From positions 672,001 to 736,000 of the forward strand of contig JBEKOM010000001.1 in assembly GCA_049521795.1 (NCBI GenBank): a DNA stretch of 64,000 bases. Reading direction: 5' to 3'. This stretch comes from Candidatus Bathyarchaeia archaeon (lineage in GTDB: Archaea; Thermoproteota; Bathyarchaeia; Bathyarchaeales; Bathycorpusculaceae). Shown here one piece after another: positions 36,181-46,703 of this stretch (its first letter is position 1; the number at the start of each line of letters is the position of its first letter). The notes under the pieces are model-generated. The model was not told the origin of the DNA. It saw only the letters and a list, made by a program, of their open reading frames with translations, and did no database searches. The translations under genes and the position numbers were made by a program.

Positions 36181-37353
36181 TCAATCATGGAGAAGAAGGG
36201 CGACAGGTATCAAAAGTGCGAACGCTGCTCCTGCTATGAAAAAGGTATCTCTGACGCTGATAAATCCCATCAGCGCGCCGGCTGCTAATGGTCCAATCGT
36301 GTAGCCCAAGTCTTTGAATGTGGCTATGGCTCCGGTAATCGCGGTTTTGCTTTCACCAATTATGTCTGACATTCTTGAATACAGCGCTATGAAGATCACC
36401 GTGTAGCTCATCGTGAAGGCTGTCACAGTCGCCAATGTGTAGTATAGGCTATTTGAGAATGGCATCATAACTGCAGTCAACGTTGTCAAGGAAGCAGCCA
36501 CAGCAAGTGTCTTCCGTATTCCATGTCTGTCTATCAGATTTCCAATCGGCACTTCAAGAGCAACCGCAGGCAGAAGGGCTACAGTAAGTATCACACCTAT
36601 CAGTGGAATAGCAATTCCTTCACTGTTAAGAAATATCGGAAGGAACGAGTAGTACACATTGATAAGAGCGTAGAACACGACTATGAGAAAAACAGTCTTT
36701 ACGAACCGGCTATTGCGCATGTAACTCAACAATGTAGTTACCTGAACGTTCAACGATGCTTTCTCGGACTTGGGCGTCTCCTTCAAACATAATGAAACCA
36801 CAACGAATGCGGTTAGACTCGTTAAACTCAGCACATAGAAAGGCAGAAAGAACGAAAGAACCGAGATAAGCCCCCCGACAACTGGAGATAAAGCTGAGGC
36901 GAAATCGTTCATCCCCGAAAAGAATCCAACCTCTTTTCCTTTCGCACTCTTCTCAGCATAAGCGAAAACATATGCCCACGAAGTCAACCATAAAAAAGAT
37001 GAAGCAACCCCTCTAGTGACGCTTACCAACAACAGCGATAGAAAAGTGTCTGCCACAGGATAGAGCAACGCAAGGGCCGAGTAGATTAGCAACACCATCT
37101 GTAGAACTCGTTTCACATTCATTCTGTCCTCTATGATTCCGAATGGTATGTTCAGGAATATCCCCATCATCGTTGTGAGCGAAAGGATAAGGCCGGTCAG
37201 GAACAGGTTTCCAGTGACGTTTTCAACATATATGGAAAAAACAGGGGAGGTAATTCCCCAGCCGAAAGTGTATATGAAAAATGCGATCGAGATCGGGAAG
37301 ATTACCCTTTTGAAATTGACAATATGCCGTAGTTCGCCAAACTCTTTGAACAT
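36181..37353 (-). CDS. MFS transporter
   Basis: About 12 hydrophobic segments; GNLIDRHGIRK motif A; DLGYTIGP. Confidence 0.85.
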   Translation of the reverse strand: MFKEFGELRHIVNFKRVIFPISIAFFIYTFGWGITSPVFSIYVENVTGNLFLTGLILSLTTMMGIFLNIPFGIIEDRMNVKRVLQMVLLIYSALALLYPVADTFLSLLLVSVTRGVASSFLWLTSWAYVFAYAEKSAKGKEVGFFSGMNDFASALSPVVGGLISVLSFFLPFYVLSLTSLTAFVVVSLCLKETPKSEKASLNVQVTTLLSYMRNSRFVKTVFLIVVFYALINVYYSFLPIFLNSEGIAIPLIGVILTVALLPAVALEVPIGNLIDRHGIRKTLAVAASLTTLTAVMMPFSNSLYYTLATVTAFTMSYTVIFIALYSRMSDIIGESKTAITGAIATFKDLGYTIGPLAAGALMGFISVRDTFFIAGAAFALLIPVALLLHD

Positions 37354-37442
37354 CTGAATCCTACTACAATTAAATATTGAATTGCATATTAATTCATCCG
37401 CGTGCCAACGTTGAAGCGTGTAATCTTTGCGCGCTAGTATTA

Positions 37443-37485
37443 TCCAAAGAAGCCCATTGACCTATTCCCCTTTTTTCATCAAGAA
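37443..37485 (+). repeat. imperfect ~40-bp direct repeat, copy 2
   Basis: tccaaagaagcccattgacctattccccttttttcatcaagaa, flanked by GCGCGC (37429) and GCGCGCGCG (37488). Confidence 0.8.
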
Positions 37486-37673
37486 TAGCGCGCGCGGCCC
37501 GCGCAATATCAACGGATTTTTTAGAACTCATCTAGCTGTGCATGGTGTTCGGCAGACGAACAGTATGGTCTCGTTTTTCGTGCGCGCACCATAGAAGATT
37601 GCTTATGCAGATTGTAGGCACTAACCTATCAGACCTATAAGAAACGACGGATATAGATAGACTCGGTAAGAAT

Positions 37674-37730
37674 ATGCCAAAGAAAAGAGCACACGCAGGA
37701 CTCAAGAAGAAGAAACGTCAAGAAACATAA
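37674..37730 (+). CDS. possible 18-aa basic peptide MPKKRAHAGLKKKKRQET
   Basis: ATG...TAA with a TATA-like word about 24 nt upstream; too short to verify. Confidence 0.3.
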   Translation: MPKKRAHAGLKKKKRQET

Positions 37731-37877
37731 TCAACGCACCGCGCTGATAGGATGAGAACAATATTGCCTCCATCACCCGACAGTTAACATGAAGACGAAT
37801 CACCCTCCAAGTTACCAGAACCTACTTTAGAAAACGTAAATAGGCGCTAAACACTTAACCAAAACAGGGAAAAACGA

Positions 37878-38657
37878 GTGAAGATTGCAGTTTCTGGCAA
37901 GGGAGGTGTGGGCAAAACTCTCATAGCAGCGGGTCTTGCCTGCTCTTTCGTCGATAAGGGCTTCAAGACGATAGCTATTGATGCTGATTCTTCCCCGAAT
38001 CTTGCCTTGACCCTGGGCTTAACGCCTGAAAAGGCAAGACAGATACTGCCCATTTCAGAGAACAAGAAATTGGTTGAATCAAAAACCGACACAGGCTTCT
38101 CGGGCGTTTACCGTCTTTCCTTCAAGGTGGACGACGTTGTCCGCGAGTATTCGGTGAAGACACCGTTTGGCGTGAACTTGATAGTCATGGGAACGGTGAA
38201 GTCGATGGGTTCAGGGTGCACTTGTCCAGAGAACGCTGTTGTGCGTGCTTTGCTTCGCCATCTGGTGGTGGAGCGAGATGAGGCGGTTGTTCTTGACACG
38301 GAGGCGGGGGTTGAGCACATGGGCAGAGGAACGGCTAAGCATGTGGACACTCTGCTGATCGTCGCGGACGCAAACATGAAATCTCTTGAGATAGCCAAAC
38401 ACATTCAAGAATTGGCCTTGGGCTCGAGCATAAAGCAGGTTTATCTGGTTGGAAACAAGGTCGGAGACAAGGTTCAAGAAGAAACGATCGGAAAATTCGC
38501 GCAGGAAAACGGTTTGAAAATCTTGGCCTTTATTCCCTTCGATCAGAAAGTCGCAGAGATGGAAATGAGGGGAGAAACGCCGCTGAAAGACAGGAGCTCA
38601 GAGGCCGTGCGAGCAATAGAAGTGATTGCTGATATGCTCACAGCAAAGAACGACTAA
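37878..38657 (+). CDS. cooC: CODH nickel-insertion ATPase 1
   Basis: SGKGGVGKT, IDAD, GCTCPEN, DTEAGVEHMGRG. Confidence 0.9.
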   Translation: MKIAVSGKGGVGKTLIAAGLACSFVDKGFKTIAIDADSSPNLALTLGLTPEKARQILPISENKKLVESKTDTGFSGVYRLSFKVDDVVREYSVKTPFGVNLIVMGTVKSMGSGCTCPENAVVRALLRHLVVERDEAVVLDTEAGVEHMGRGTAKHVDTLLIVADANMKSLEIAKHIQELALGSSIKQVYLVGNKVGDKVQEETIGKFAQENGLKILAFIPFDQKVAEMEMRGETPLKDRSSEAVRAIEVIADMLTAKND

Positions 38658-38705
38658 TAAAGAGTTGAGGAAATAATCGATATGCTAGAAGGTGTGAAGT
38701 AATAA

Positions 38706-39476
38706 TTGAAGAAGCTTGTGACAATAGGTCGCGGCGGAACTGGAAAGACTAGTTTTGTGGCGCTGAAGACAAAATACTTCATTGAGATGAGAGCTACGCC
38801 TCTGCTTTTGGTGGACGCTGATCCGGACCAGAACCTTGGGGAAATGGTTGGCGTAGATTTGAAGGAAGAGGGGAAGAAGACGATTTCAGAGCTGCTCATG
38901 GAGGCTTTTTTGAAGGAAGGTGGAACAACTGTCGGTGTTCCGCCCACTGAACGAATTGAAAATAGGATCTGGGCTCAAGGCATGTATGAAGGCGACTTTT
39001 TCGATTTCATTTCTATAGGCACAAAGTGGGTTGAAGGCTGCTATTGCTTGCCGAACGCGGCTTTGAAAGGAGCCTTGGAATCAGTTTCTAAAAATTACAA
39101 GTACGTCTTGATTGACTCGCCAGCAGGACTGGAGCATTTGAACCGTAGGATCACGTCGAAAGTTGATGACATCTTCGACGTTCTTGACCCGTCCAAAAAA
39201 TCGTTCGACCATGTTGACCGGGCCTACCGGATAGCGAAGGAGGTACGCATAGAATTCAAGAATTTCTACGTCGTCGGCGGTTACAGGTTTCCAGAAGGCT
39301 TGGAGAAGACGGCTGACAGCACCTTGAAACTTGATTTCTTGGGCAAGATTGCTCGAGACGACGAAGTTGAGGAACATGTTCTGGCTGGAAAATCACTCTT
39401 AGAACTGCCTCCTGACTCTCCGGCCTACCTCTCCGTTAAGAGAATAGTGGACAAGGCAGGCTACACGAAAGAGTAG
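38706..39476 (+). CDS. cooC: CooC/AcsF-like nickel-insertion ATPase 2
   Basis: GRGGTGKT, DADPD, GCYCLPN, DSPAGLEHLNR. Confidence 0.85.
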   Translation: MKKLVTIGRGGTGKTSFVALKTKYFIEMRATPLLLVDADPDQNLGEMVGVDLKEEGKKTISELLMEAFLKEGGTTVGVPPTERIENRIWAQGMYEGDFFDFISIGTKWVEGCYCLPNAALKGALESVSKNYKYVLIDSPAGLEHLNRRITSKVDDIFDVLDPSKKSFDHVDRAYRIAKEVRIEFKNFYVVGGYRFPEGLEKTADSTLKLDFLGKIARDDEVEEHVLAGKSLLELPPDSPAYLSVKRIVDKAGYTKE

Positions 39477-39634
39477 TTGGCCACATCTTTTTCAGTGTTC
39501 TGGGTGAACCCTGCCAAGAAGTACATGAATCATCTCTGCAGATCGATTATTCATAGTGGACTTTGGTTCCAGAAATGCTTATGAGCGAAGGTTTCATTAG
39601 ATTTCGTCTTCTTCGTCCTTAGGTAGTGCCATAA

Positions 39635-41983
39635 TTGAGTAGAAAAGATCTTAATGTGAAGATCGGAGAATTGAAGACCGATTTTGGTTTTGTCAAGAAT
39701 CTTGAACTAACAATCGGCAAGGTTGTCGATGGAACTTGGACCGAACCGATGGGACCTACGCCTTTTCCGTCCCTGACTACTCTGAGAGAGTGGGACATGA
39801 GGATCCTTCAGCGCTACAAACCTTTCTACATGCCCTTCTGCGACCTTTGCTGCCTCTGCACCATGGGAAAATGCGACCTGACAGGAAACAAGCGCGGAGC
39901 ATGCGGAATCAACATGCCGGCTCAACAGTCCAGAACAGTGCTTCTAGCATGCTGCATCGGAGCAGCAACGCACGTCGGCCACGCTCGCCATCTACTTGAA
40001 CATCTGATCAAAGAATTCGGACGCGAACACATCATTGACGTGGGCGGGCTGAACGTCCACGTTGAGGCTCCGACGATCCGCCTCGTTTGCGGGTTAAGAC
40101 CTCAAACACTGGCTGACCTGCGAGAGGTATTGGATTATGCTGAGTCTCAACTCACACACTTACTGTCCGTAGTGCACACTGGGCAAGAGGGAAACAACCT
40201 TGACTTCGAATCAAAAGTCTTCCACGCAGGGATGATAGATCATCTAGGCATGGAAGTCGCAGACGTTGCTCAAATTGCGGCCTACGGCTTTCCAAAAGCA
40301 GACCCAGACGCCCCGCTTGTTGATCTGGGCTTCGGCACGATAAACACGGAAAAACCCGTGATCCTAGTCATAGGCCACAATGTTGTCCCTTCCATTGGCA
40401 TAATAGACTACATGAAAGACAACGGCTTTGACGGCGAAATCGAGATCTGCGGACTGTGCTGCACAGCCCACGACATAACCAGATACTACAACCGCGCAAA
40501 GGTTGTCGGCCCAATCTCATGGCAGTTACGCTTCATAAGAAGTGGCGTTCCAGACCTAGTTGTGCTTGATGAACAATGCGTCAGAGCGGATGCCTTCAAC
40601 GAATCGCAAAACATCAAAACCCCAGTCATCGTTACATCAGAAAAGAACTGCATGGGTCTGCCAAACCGCACAAACGACCCAGCAGACGCGATAGTCGAAG
40701 ATCTAGTGTCAGGAAAGACGCCGGGCGCGCTGATTCTAGACCCTGAAAAAGTCGGAGAAGTAGCTACAAAAGTGGCGTTGAAAGTGGCGCCGCTTCGGAA
40801 AAAATTCAAGACGCTGCCAGACGTTGACGAAGTCATCAATGCAGGAAAGGAATGCACTCAATGCAACTCTTGCATTCGAGCATGCCCAGAAGGCCTGGAA
40901 ATTCCTGAAGCGATGAAGGCAGCGGGCGAAGGGAACTTGACGAAGCTCGCAGAACTGTACGACCTATGCATTGGCTGCGGTCGATGCGAGGCTCCGTGTC
41001 CGAAGGGCACGAAGATTCACAGTTCCATCGTGAGGGCTGGGGACAAGAAACTCAGGGACGAGACGTACAAGTTGAGAGTTGGAAGAGGGCCAATACAAGA
41101 CGACGAGATAAGGAACGTTGGAGCCCCGCTTGTGTTCGGCGAGATTCCTGGTGTGGTAGCCTTTGTCGGATGCGCCAACTATCCGAAGGGCGGAAAAGAA
41201 GTTGCTGAGATGTGTATGGAGTTTGCGAACAGACGCTACATAGTTGTGACCTCCGGCTGTGCCGCAATGTCTGCTGGTATGTACAAAGATGAAGATGGAA
41301 AATCACCGTACGAGAAGTACACTGGCGAATTTGCTGCCGGAGGAATCGTCAACGTCGGCTCGTGCGTCGCCAACTCACACATCGCTGGCGCCGCGATAAA
41401 GATCGCAAACATATTCGCGAAGCGAAATCTGAGGGGAAACTATGAAGAGATAGCCGACTACGTGCTCAACCGAGTGGGCGCCGTCGGCGTTGCGTGGGGA
41501 GCCTACTCTCAGAAAGCAGCTTCCATCGCAGCTGGGTTCTGGCGCTTAGGTATTCCGGTCATCGTTGGTCCTCACGGAACAAAGTACAGACGCATGCTTC
41601 TCGGAAGGGCTGACCGAGAAGAGGACTGGTGCGTTTACGATGCAAGGACAGGAGAAAAAACGTATGTTGGACCAACACCCGAGCATCTGTTCTGCGCCGC
41701 TGAGACAAAAGAGGAAGCAATGGTCATGGTAAGCAAGCTCTGCATGAGACCTAATGATACTTCGAAGGGAAGGGCCATAAAACTCACGCATTACATCGAT
41801 TTGCACAAGAGGTTGTACGGAATTATGCCTCAGGACACACGTATGTTTGTTCGCACACTTGGGGACGTTCCGATAACGATGAAAGATGAAATCATCAAGA
41901 CTCTCGAAGAGAAGAATTGGAAGGAAACAGTGATTCCTGACCCGACGCTTTTGCCACGACTGATCAGAAAGATGAAGGAGTAG
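39635..41983 (+). CDS. cdhA: archaeal CODH/ACS alpha subunit
   Basis: [20 protein letters not shown], two extra ferredoxin motifs, [23 protein letters not shown]. Confidence 0.96.
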   Translation: MSRKDLNVKIGELKTDFGFVKNLELTIGKVVDGTWTEPMGPTPFPSLTTLREWDMRILQRYKPFYMPFCDLCCLCTMGKCDLTGNKRGACGINMPAQQSRTVLLACCIGAATHVGHARHLLEHLIKEFGREHIIDVGGLNVHVEAPTIRLVCGLRPQTLADLREVLDYAESQLTHLLSVVHTGQEGNNLDFESKVFHAGMIDHLGMEVADVAQIAAYGFPKADPDAPLVDLGFGTINTEKPVILVIGHNVVPSIGIIDYMKDNGFDGEIEICGLCCTAHDITRYYNRAKVVGPISWQLRFIRSGVPDLVVLDEQCVRADAFNESQNIKTPVIVTSEKNCMGLPNRTNDPADAIVEDLVSGKTPGALILDPEKVGEVATKVALKVAPLRKKFKTLPDVDEVINAGKECTQCNSCIRACPEGLEIPEAMKAAGEGNLTKLAELYDLCIGCGRCEAPCPKGTKIHSSIVRAGDKKLRDETYKLRVGRGPIQDDEIRNVGAPLVFGEIPGVVAFVGCANYPKGGKEVAEMCMEFANRRYIVVTSGCAAMSAGMYKDEDGKSPYEKYTGEFAAGGIVNVGSCVANSHIAGAAIKIANIFAKRNLRGNYEEIADYVLNRVGAVGVAWGAYSQKAASIAAGFWRLGIPVIVGPHGTKYRRMLLGRADREEDWCVYDARTGEKTYVGPTPEHLFCAAETKEEAMVMVSKLCMRPNDTSKGRAIKLTHYIDLHKRLYGIMPQDTRMFVRTLGDVPITMKDEIIKTLEEKNWKETVIPDPTLLPRLIRKMKE

Positions 41984-42532
41984 ATGGACATGGCAACAGC
42001 TGAACCCTGGCAAATCGCTGAGATCGCCGGACCAAAAAAGGCGATGGTAATCACAAAACCAGAAGTGGCCGCGGCGATGATTAAGCAGGCAAAACGCCCG
42101 ATTCTCGTTGTCGGACACATGGCTGCTGAAATTGAACTGGGAGACAAGAAGCTGATCGATTACGTGATTGAGTTGTCCGAGAAAGCCAAGATCCCGGTTG
42201 TCGCAACTGCCCACATAGTGGGTGAGTTTTTGAAAAGGGGTTGTCAGCCCGCTGGTTGGATGCCCGCGGTTGACGTGGGCAACAGGCTGATCGACCCAGA
42301 CTGGTGCGGGTTTGACGGCAAAGGCCAGTACGACTTAGCCCTGTTTGTCGGTCTTCCATACTACATGGAGTGGACGATTCTTTCAGGCGTGAAACACTTC
42401 GCTCCAACCCTCAAGACTGTTACACTGGACAACGTTTATCAACCCAACGCAAGCTGGTCTTTACCAAACATTGCAAAGAAAATTTGGACAGAAGACCTCA
42501 GAGCGATAATTGAAAAAGTCGGAGGAAAATAA
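41984..42532 (+). CDS. cdhB: CODH/ACS epsilon subunit
   Basis: AKRPILVVG, W.GFDGKGQYDL, KHFAP; start 41984 or 41990. Confidence 0.92.
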   Translation: MDMATAEPWQIAEIAGPKKAMVITKPEVAAAMIKQAKRPILVVGHMAAEIELGDKKLIDYVIELSEKAKIPVVATAHIVGEFLKRGCQPAGWMPAVDVGNRLIDPDWCGFDGKGQYDLALFVGLPYYMEWTILSGVKHFAPTLKTVTLDNVYQPNASWSLPNIAKKIWTEDLRAIIEKVGGK

Positions 42533-42541
42533 GAAGTGTCA

Positions 42542-43945
42542 ATGTTCAAAGACATACCCGTCGACGTCGGCGTCATCTACGAGGGCGAAAGAATTCGAAG
42601 AAAAGACATGTACATTGAGCTAGGCGGACCTGACGTAAAAGAAAAGTTTGAGCTAGTAAGGGTCAAGAAAGCAAAAGAGGTCGAGGATGGAAAAATAACC
42701 ATCGTTGGACCTGACCTGAAAGAGATGGAAGAAGGCAAAGTCTACCCGTTTGGAATACTAATCGAAGTCGCCGGGCCCAAGCTAGAGCCAGAATTGGAGG
42801 GCGTGATAGAGAGGCGGATACACGCTTTCTCCAACTATATTGAAGGGCTCATGCATCTGAACCAACGCTACGACATTTGGCTCAGGCTAAGCAAGAGATC
42901 CTTCGAGAAAGGTTTCAACTCCTTCGATTACGTTGGAAAGGTCCTGCACAGACTCTTCAAGAGCGAATTGCCAATAATCGAGAAGATGCAAGTAACGTTC
43001 ATCACGGATTCGAAGAAAGTGAAGGAACTCTACGATGAAGCCTTGCAGGTTTACGAGGCAAGAGACGCAAGAGCAAGAGGCTTGAAGGACGAGGAAGTTG
43101 ACAAGTTCTACGGATGCGTTCTGTGCCAGTCCTTCGCTCCGTCCCACGTCTGCGTGATCACGCCCCAGAGGTACTCGAACTGTGGAGCCATAAGCTGGTT
43201 TGACGGAAGAGCCGCGGCCAGCATAGACCCGAAGGGGCCTGTCTTCACGATTGAGAGAGGCGAACTGCTTGACCCCGTCGCAGGAGAGTTCTCAGGTGTA
43301 AATGAAGCGGTGAAGAAGAAGTCTTTAGGCGAAATAACCAGGGTGCAACTTTACACAGCGTTCGGCCACCCGCACACGTCGTGCGGTTGCTTCGAGGGAG
43401 TAGCCTTCTACATTCCAGAAGTAGACGGGTTCGGCATCGTGCACAGAGGCTTCAAGGAAACGACTGTCAACGGTTTGGCCTTCTCAACGATCGCCGATTC
43501 CACCGCTGGAGGGCGCCAAGTGGATGGGTTCCACGGTTTGTCCATCGAGTACATGCGTTCTCCAAAGTTTCTACAGGCAGACGGCGGCTGGAAACGCGTC
43601 GTTTGGCTGCCTAAAGAAGTGAAAGAAAGGATAAAAAACTTCGTCGCAGCCGAGACCCTTGACAAAGTGGCCACGGAGGAAGAGGCGAAAACCATAGATA
43701 CGCTGAAGACTTTTCTGAAAGAACACAACCATCCCGTCGTAGAAAGATGGAAAGAAGAGGCGGTTCCCGTTGAAGAAGCGGCACCAACAGAGACGCCGCA
43801 GGAAGCAGATATGATTCCTGTGGCCACCGCGGCATCCTTGCCCATAACAGCCGGCGGGTTCAAAATCATTCTGAAAGACGCCAAAATCTATGCCAAAAAA
43901 GTCATCATACGTTCTCAGAAGAGCGAGAAAACTGAAAAAAGGTGA
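42542..43945 (+). CDS. cdhC: acetyl-CoA synthase beta subunit
   Basis: YEGERIR, MHLNQR, CVLCQSFAPSHVC, HTSCGCFE, FLQADGG. Confidence 0.96.
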   Translation: MFKDIPVDVGVIYEGERIRRKDMYIELGGPDVKEKFELVRVKKAKEVEDGKITIVGPDLKEMEEGKVYPFGILIEVAGPKLEPELEGVIERRIHAFSNYIEGLMHLNQRYDIWLRLSKRSFEKGFNSFDYVGKVLHRLFKSELPIIEKMQVTFITDSKKVKELYDEALQVYEARDARARGLKDEEVDKFYGCVLCQSFAPSHVCVITPQRYSNCGAISWFDGRAAASIDPKGPVFTIERGELLDPVAGEFSGVNEAVKKKSLGEITRVQLYTAFGHPHTSCGCFEGVAFYIPEVDGFGIVHRGFKETTVNGLAFSTIADSTAGGRQVDGFHGLSIEYMRSPKFLQADGGWKRVVWLPKEVKERIKNFVAAETLDKVATEEEAKTIDTLKTFLKEHNHPVVERWKEEAVPVEEAAPTETPQEADMIPVATAASLPITAGGFKIILKDAKIYAKKVIIRSQKSEKTEKR

Positions 43946-45168
43946 AAGCATTGCCAAAGGATGAGAAGAAAGAAACCGTAGGGCTCAAGCTGACTCCACG
44001 CCTAATAGAAATCCTAGCGAAACTTCAGGAGATCGAACTTGAAGACTTCCAGATGGACGTCGGAGACTTAGAAATATGGATACAGCCTGGAACAGCCGCT
44101 GTCCCCACGCTTGCTCAGCAGAGGATTGCACCCCAAGTGAAGCTCAAACCTACGGAAATAATCGAAGCAGAATTCGTTCCCCCAGTTGAAACCTACCCGG
44201 GCAAAATCGTTGAAGTAACGCTAGGAGGGACAAAGGGTGAAGGTGGAACCCGCGGCAAGTCGTTGACGATAGGAGGGGAGACTGCGCCTGCCTTTTACAC
44301 GTTTGAAAGGTCTATGCCACATCCTCCAGTCGTGACCGTAGACATCTTCGACATAAAGGTCCCACTGGCCAAAGCCGTGAAGATGCACGTGAAAGAAGTC
44401 ATGGAAGACCCGGCGGCTTGGGCCAAGCTTGCCGTCGAAAAGTTCGGAGCTGACATGCTGACTTTGCACCTCATAAGCATTGATCCGCTTATCAAGGATG
44501 CTTCACCGAAGGAAGCCGTGAAAACCGTTGAAAACGTTGTTCAGGCCGTCGACGTGCCGCTCATGATCGGCGGCTGCGGAGACCCCGTCAAGGATGCGGA
44601 TGTTTTTGCAGCCGTTTGCGAGACCTTTGCAGGAGAGAGGTTCCTGATAAACTCAATAACAAGAGACATGGACGTTGAAAGGTGCGCAAAGTTCGTCAAA
44701 AAGAATGGGCACGTAGCGTTGTCTTTCACTCCTATGGACATGAACATGGCCAGAGAGCTCAACCGTAGACTCTACGATTTTCTGCCAAGAGAGGACATAG
44801 TTATGGATTTGACGACGGCGGCGCTTGGTTACGGTCTGGACTATGCCTTCACAAACATGGAGAGAGCCAGACTCTCCGGACTGATGGGAGATTCAGAATT
44901 GGCTCATCCGATGTCCTCAGGAACCACCAACGCCTGGGCTGCTAGAGAAGCTTGGATGGAAATGGCTCCAGAGTGGGAACCCCGTGAACTCAGAGGGCCC
45001 CTTTGGGAACTTACCACCGCGCTCACCCTCCTGCTTGCAGGGGTCGACCTGTTCATGATGATGCATCCGGCCGCAATGAAAACCGTCAAGGACGTAACTC
45101 GCCAACTGTTGAGTGGAAACCAAAGCGACGCTAGTAAACTCGTGCAATGGGTTTCAATGAAGACCTAG
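43942..45168 (+). CDS. cdhD: corrinoid Fe-S protein small (delta) subunit
   Basis: GGTRG, IVMDLTTAALGYGLDY, NAWAAREAW, MMHP. Confidence 0.95.
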   Translation: MKALPKDEKKETVGLKLTPRLIEILAKLQEIELEDFQMDVGDLEIWIQPGTAAVPTLAQQRIAPQVKLKPTEIIEAEFVPPVETYPGKIVEVTLGGTKGEGGTRGKSLTIGGETAPAFYTFERSMPHPPVVTVDIFDIKVPLAKAVKMHVKEVMEDPAAWAKLAVEKFGADMLTLHLISIDPLIKDASPKEAVKTVENVVQAVDVPLMIGGCGDPVKDADVFAAVCETFAGERFLINSITRDMDVERCAKFVKKNGHVALSFTPMDMNMARELNRRLYDFLPREDIVMDLTTAALGYGLDYAFTNMERARLSGLMGDSELAHPMSSGTTNAWAAREAWMEMAPEWEPRELRGPLWELTTALTLLLAGVDLFMMMHPAAMKTVKDVTRQLLSGNQSDASKLVQWVSMKT

Positions 45169-45187
45169 CCAAGGAGCGCCACGCCAA

Positions 45188-46639
45188 ATGAGTGAAAGAG
45201 AAACAAAAGTCAAAACAGGAATCAAGGAGCTAAGCCCGCTTGACGTTTACAAGGTTCTTCCCAGGACAAACTGCAAGGAGTGCGGCGAAGAAAACTGCAT
45301 GGCCTTCGCAACGAAGCTCGTGAACCGCGAAGTATCGCTTGAGAAGTGCCCTCCGCTCTTGACTAAGAAGTATGAGAAATTCTACAAACAATTAAAGGAA
45401 ATGCTGAAGCCTGCTGTGAGAGAGGTCATTCTAGGCATGGGAGATAAAGCCGTCAAGATCGGCGGAAAACTTGTCATGTACAGGCACGAGTTCACGTACT
45501 CCGACCCAACGGCAATAGCTCTCGACGTCACCGACGAAATGCCTCAAGAAGAGATATTGGAAAGGATAAGGAAGGTTGAACACTTCAGCTTTGAATACAT
45601 AGGACAAACCCTGAAGCTTGACATGATCGCTGTCCGTTCCACTTCGGACGACCCGGACAAGTTCAAGGCAACAGTTCAGAAAGTGACTGAGAACTCAAAA
45701 CTGCCGCTGATCCTGTGTTCACTGAACCCAGCTGTCCTCGAAGCAGGATTGATGGTCGCCGCAAAAACAAGACCGCTTCTGTATGCTGCAACAAAGGATA
45801 ACTGGAAAGAGATGGCCGAACTGTCCCAAATGTACGACTGCCCCCTGACAGTTTTTGCGCCAGGCGATCTGAACCTGTTGAGATCTCTGACCAAGACCCT
45901 GCTTGATTACGGAGTTCAAGACCTCGTCTTAGACCCAGGCACTTTTCCTGATGAAGGCTTGGTCGACACGTTGAGCAACTTCACGATGCTTCGCCGAGCT
46001 GCATGCAAGAGAGGGGATGAGCTCTCAGGTTTTCCGCTGATCGGTATCCCGCTAGTCGCGTGGATGGACAGAGGCAACACTCAGCAAGAGATTCTGAAGT
46101 GGCGTGAAGCCTATTTAGCTGCGATGCTTATCACGCGTTTCGCAGACGTTCTGATAATGCACAACGTTGACGGCTGGGCGCTTCTTCCGCCCGTCGTGTT
46201 GCGGCAGAACCTCTACACGGACCCTCGGAAACCAGTAGCCGTCGAACCTGGACTGAAGGTTTTCGGGACTCCTGATGAGAACTCTCCCGTGATGTTCACC
46301 ACAAACTTCGCGTTGACATACTACACGGTGGCTTCAGACATAGAGTCTGCAAAGTTGAACATCTACGTCTTAGTAATCGACACTGAAGGAATAGCCGTGG
46401 ACAGCGCCGTCGCTGGAAGAAAGTTGACGGCAGAAAAGGTCGCCGATGCCGTAAAGGCTTCTGGAATCGAAGGCAAAGTCAAGCATAAGAAACTGCTAAT
46501 TCCAGGAAAAGCCGCACGTCTAAGCGGCGAAATCGAGGAAATGAGCGGCTGGCAAGTGTTGGTTGGACCCCGTGACTCATCAGACATCCCGAAGTACCTG
46601 AAGGAAAAATGGCAAAACACTGCACAACCTTCTGTCTAG
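45188..46639 (+). CDS. cdhE: corrinoid Fe-S protein large (gamma) subunit
   Basis: LPRTNCKECGEENCMAFA, YTDPRKP, TTNFALTY, VGPRDSS. Confidence 0.95.
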   Translation: MSERETKVKTGIKELSPLDVYKVLPRTNCKECGEENCMAFATKLVNREVSLEKCPPLLTKKYEKFYKQLKEMLKPAVREVILGMGDKAVKIGGKLVMYRHEFTYSDPTAIALDVTDEMPQEEILERIRKVEHFSFEYIGQTLKLDMIAVRSTSDDPDKFKATVQKVTENSKLPLILCSLNPAVLEAGLMVAAKTRPLLYAATKDNWKEMAELSQMYDCPLTVFAPGDLNLLRSLTKTLLDYGVQDLVLDPGTFPDEGLVDTLSNFTMLRRAACKRGDELSGFPLIGIPLVAWMDRGNTQQEILKWREAYLAAMLITRFADVLIMHNVDGWALLPPVVLRQNLYTDPRKPVAVEPGLKVFGTPDENSPVMFTTNFALTYYTVASDIESAKLNIYVLVIDTEGIAVDSAVAGRKLTAEKVADAVKASGIEGKVKHKKLLIPGKAARLSGEIEEMSGWQVLVGPRDSSDIPKYLKEKWQNTAQPSV

Positions 46640-46703
46640 CTCGCGTGTTCTTTTGTTCAAATCATTATGCGCTCTGCTTGTCACCTCAATCTTAAACTAA
46701 GGG

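Noticed and set aside
37520-37590. Possible arsC 5' relic on the minus strand (ILFVC...AR)
   Set aside because: Match is very short and needs indels; could be chance
17030-37800. IS element, provirus or integrase-bearing element
   Set aside because: No transposase, recombinase, viral gene or tRNA target recognised
39525-39554. Imperfect inverted repeat upstream of cdhA (ATGAATCATC...GATTATTCAT)
   Set aside because: Single imperfect instance; cannot distinguish operator, terminator or chance
9505-41986. Genome-wide pyrrolysine/amber recoding suggested by in-frame TAG-ATG junctions (9505, 41981) and TAG-GTG (11752)
   Set aside because: TAG ends many ordinary genes here, the downstream genes have their own SD and start, and no pyl genes are in the window
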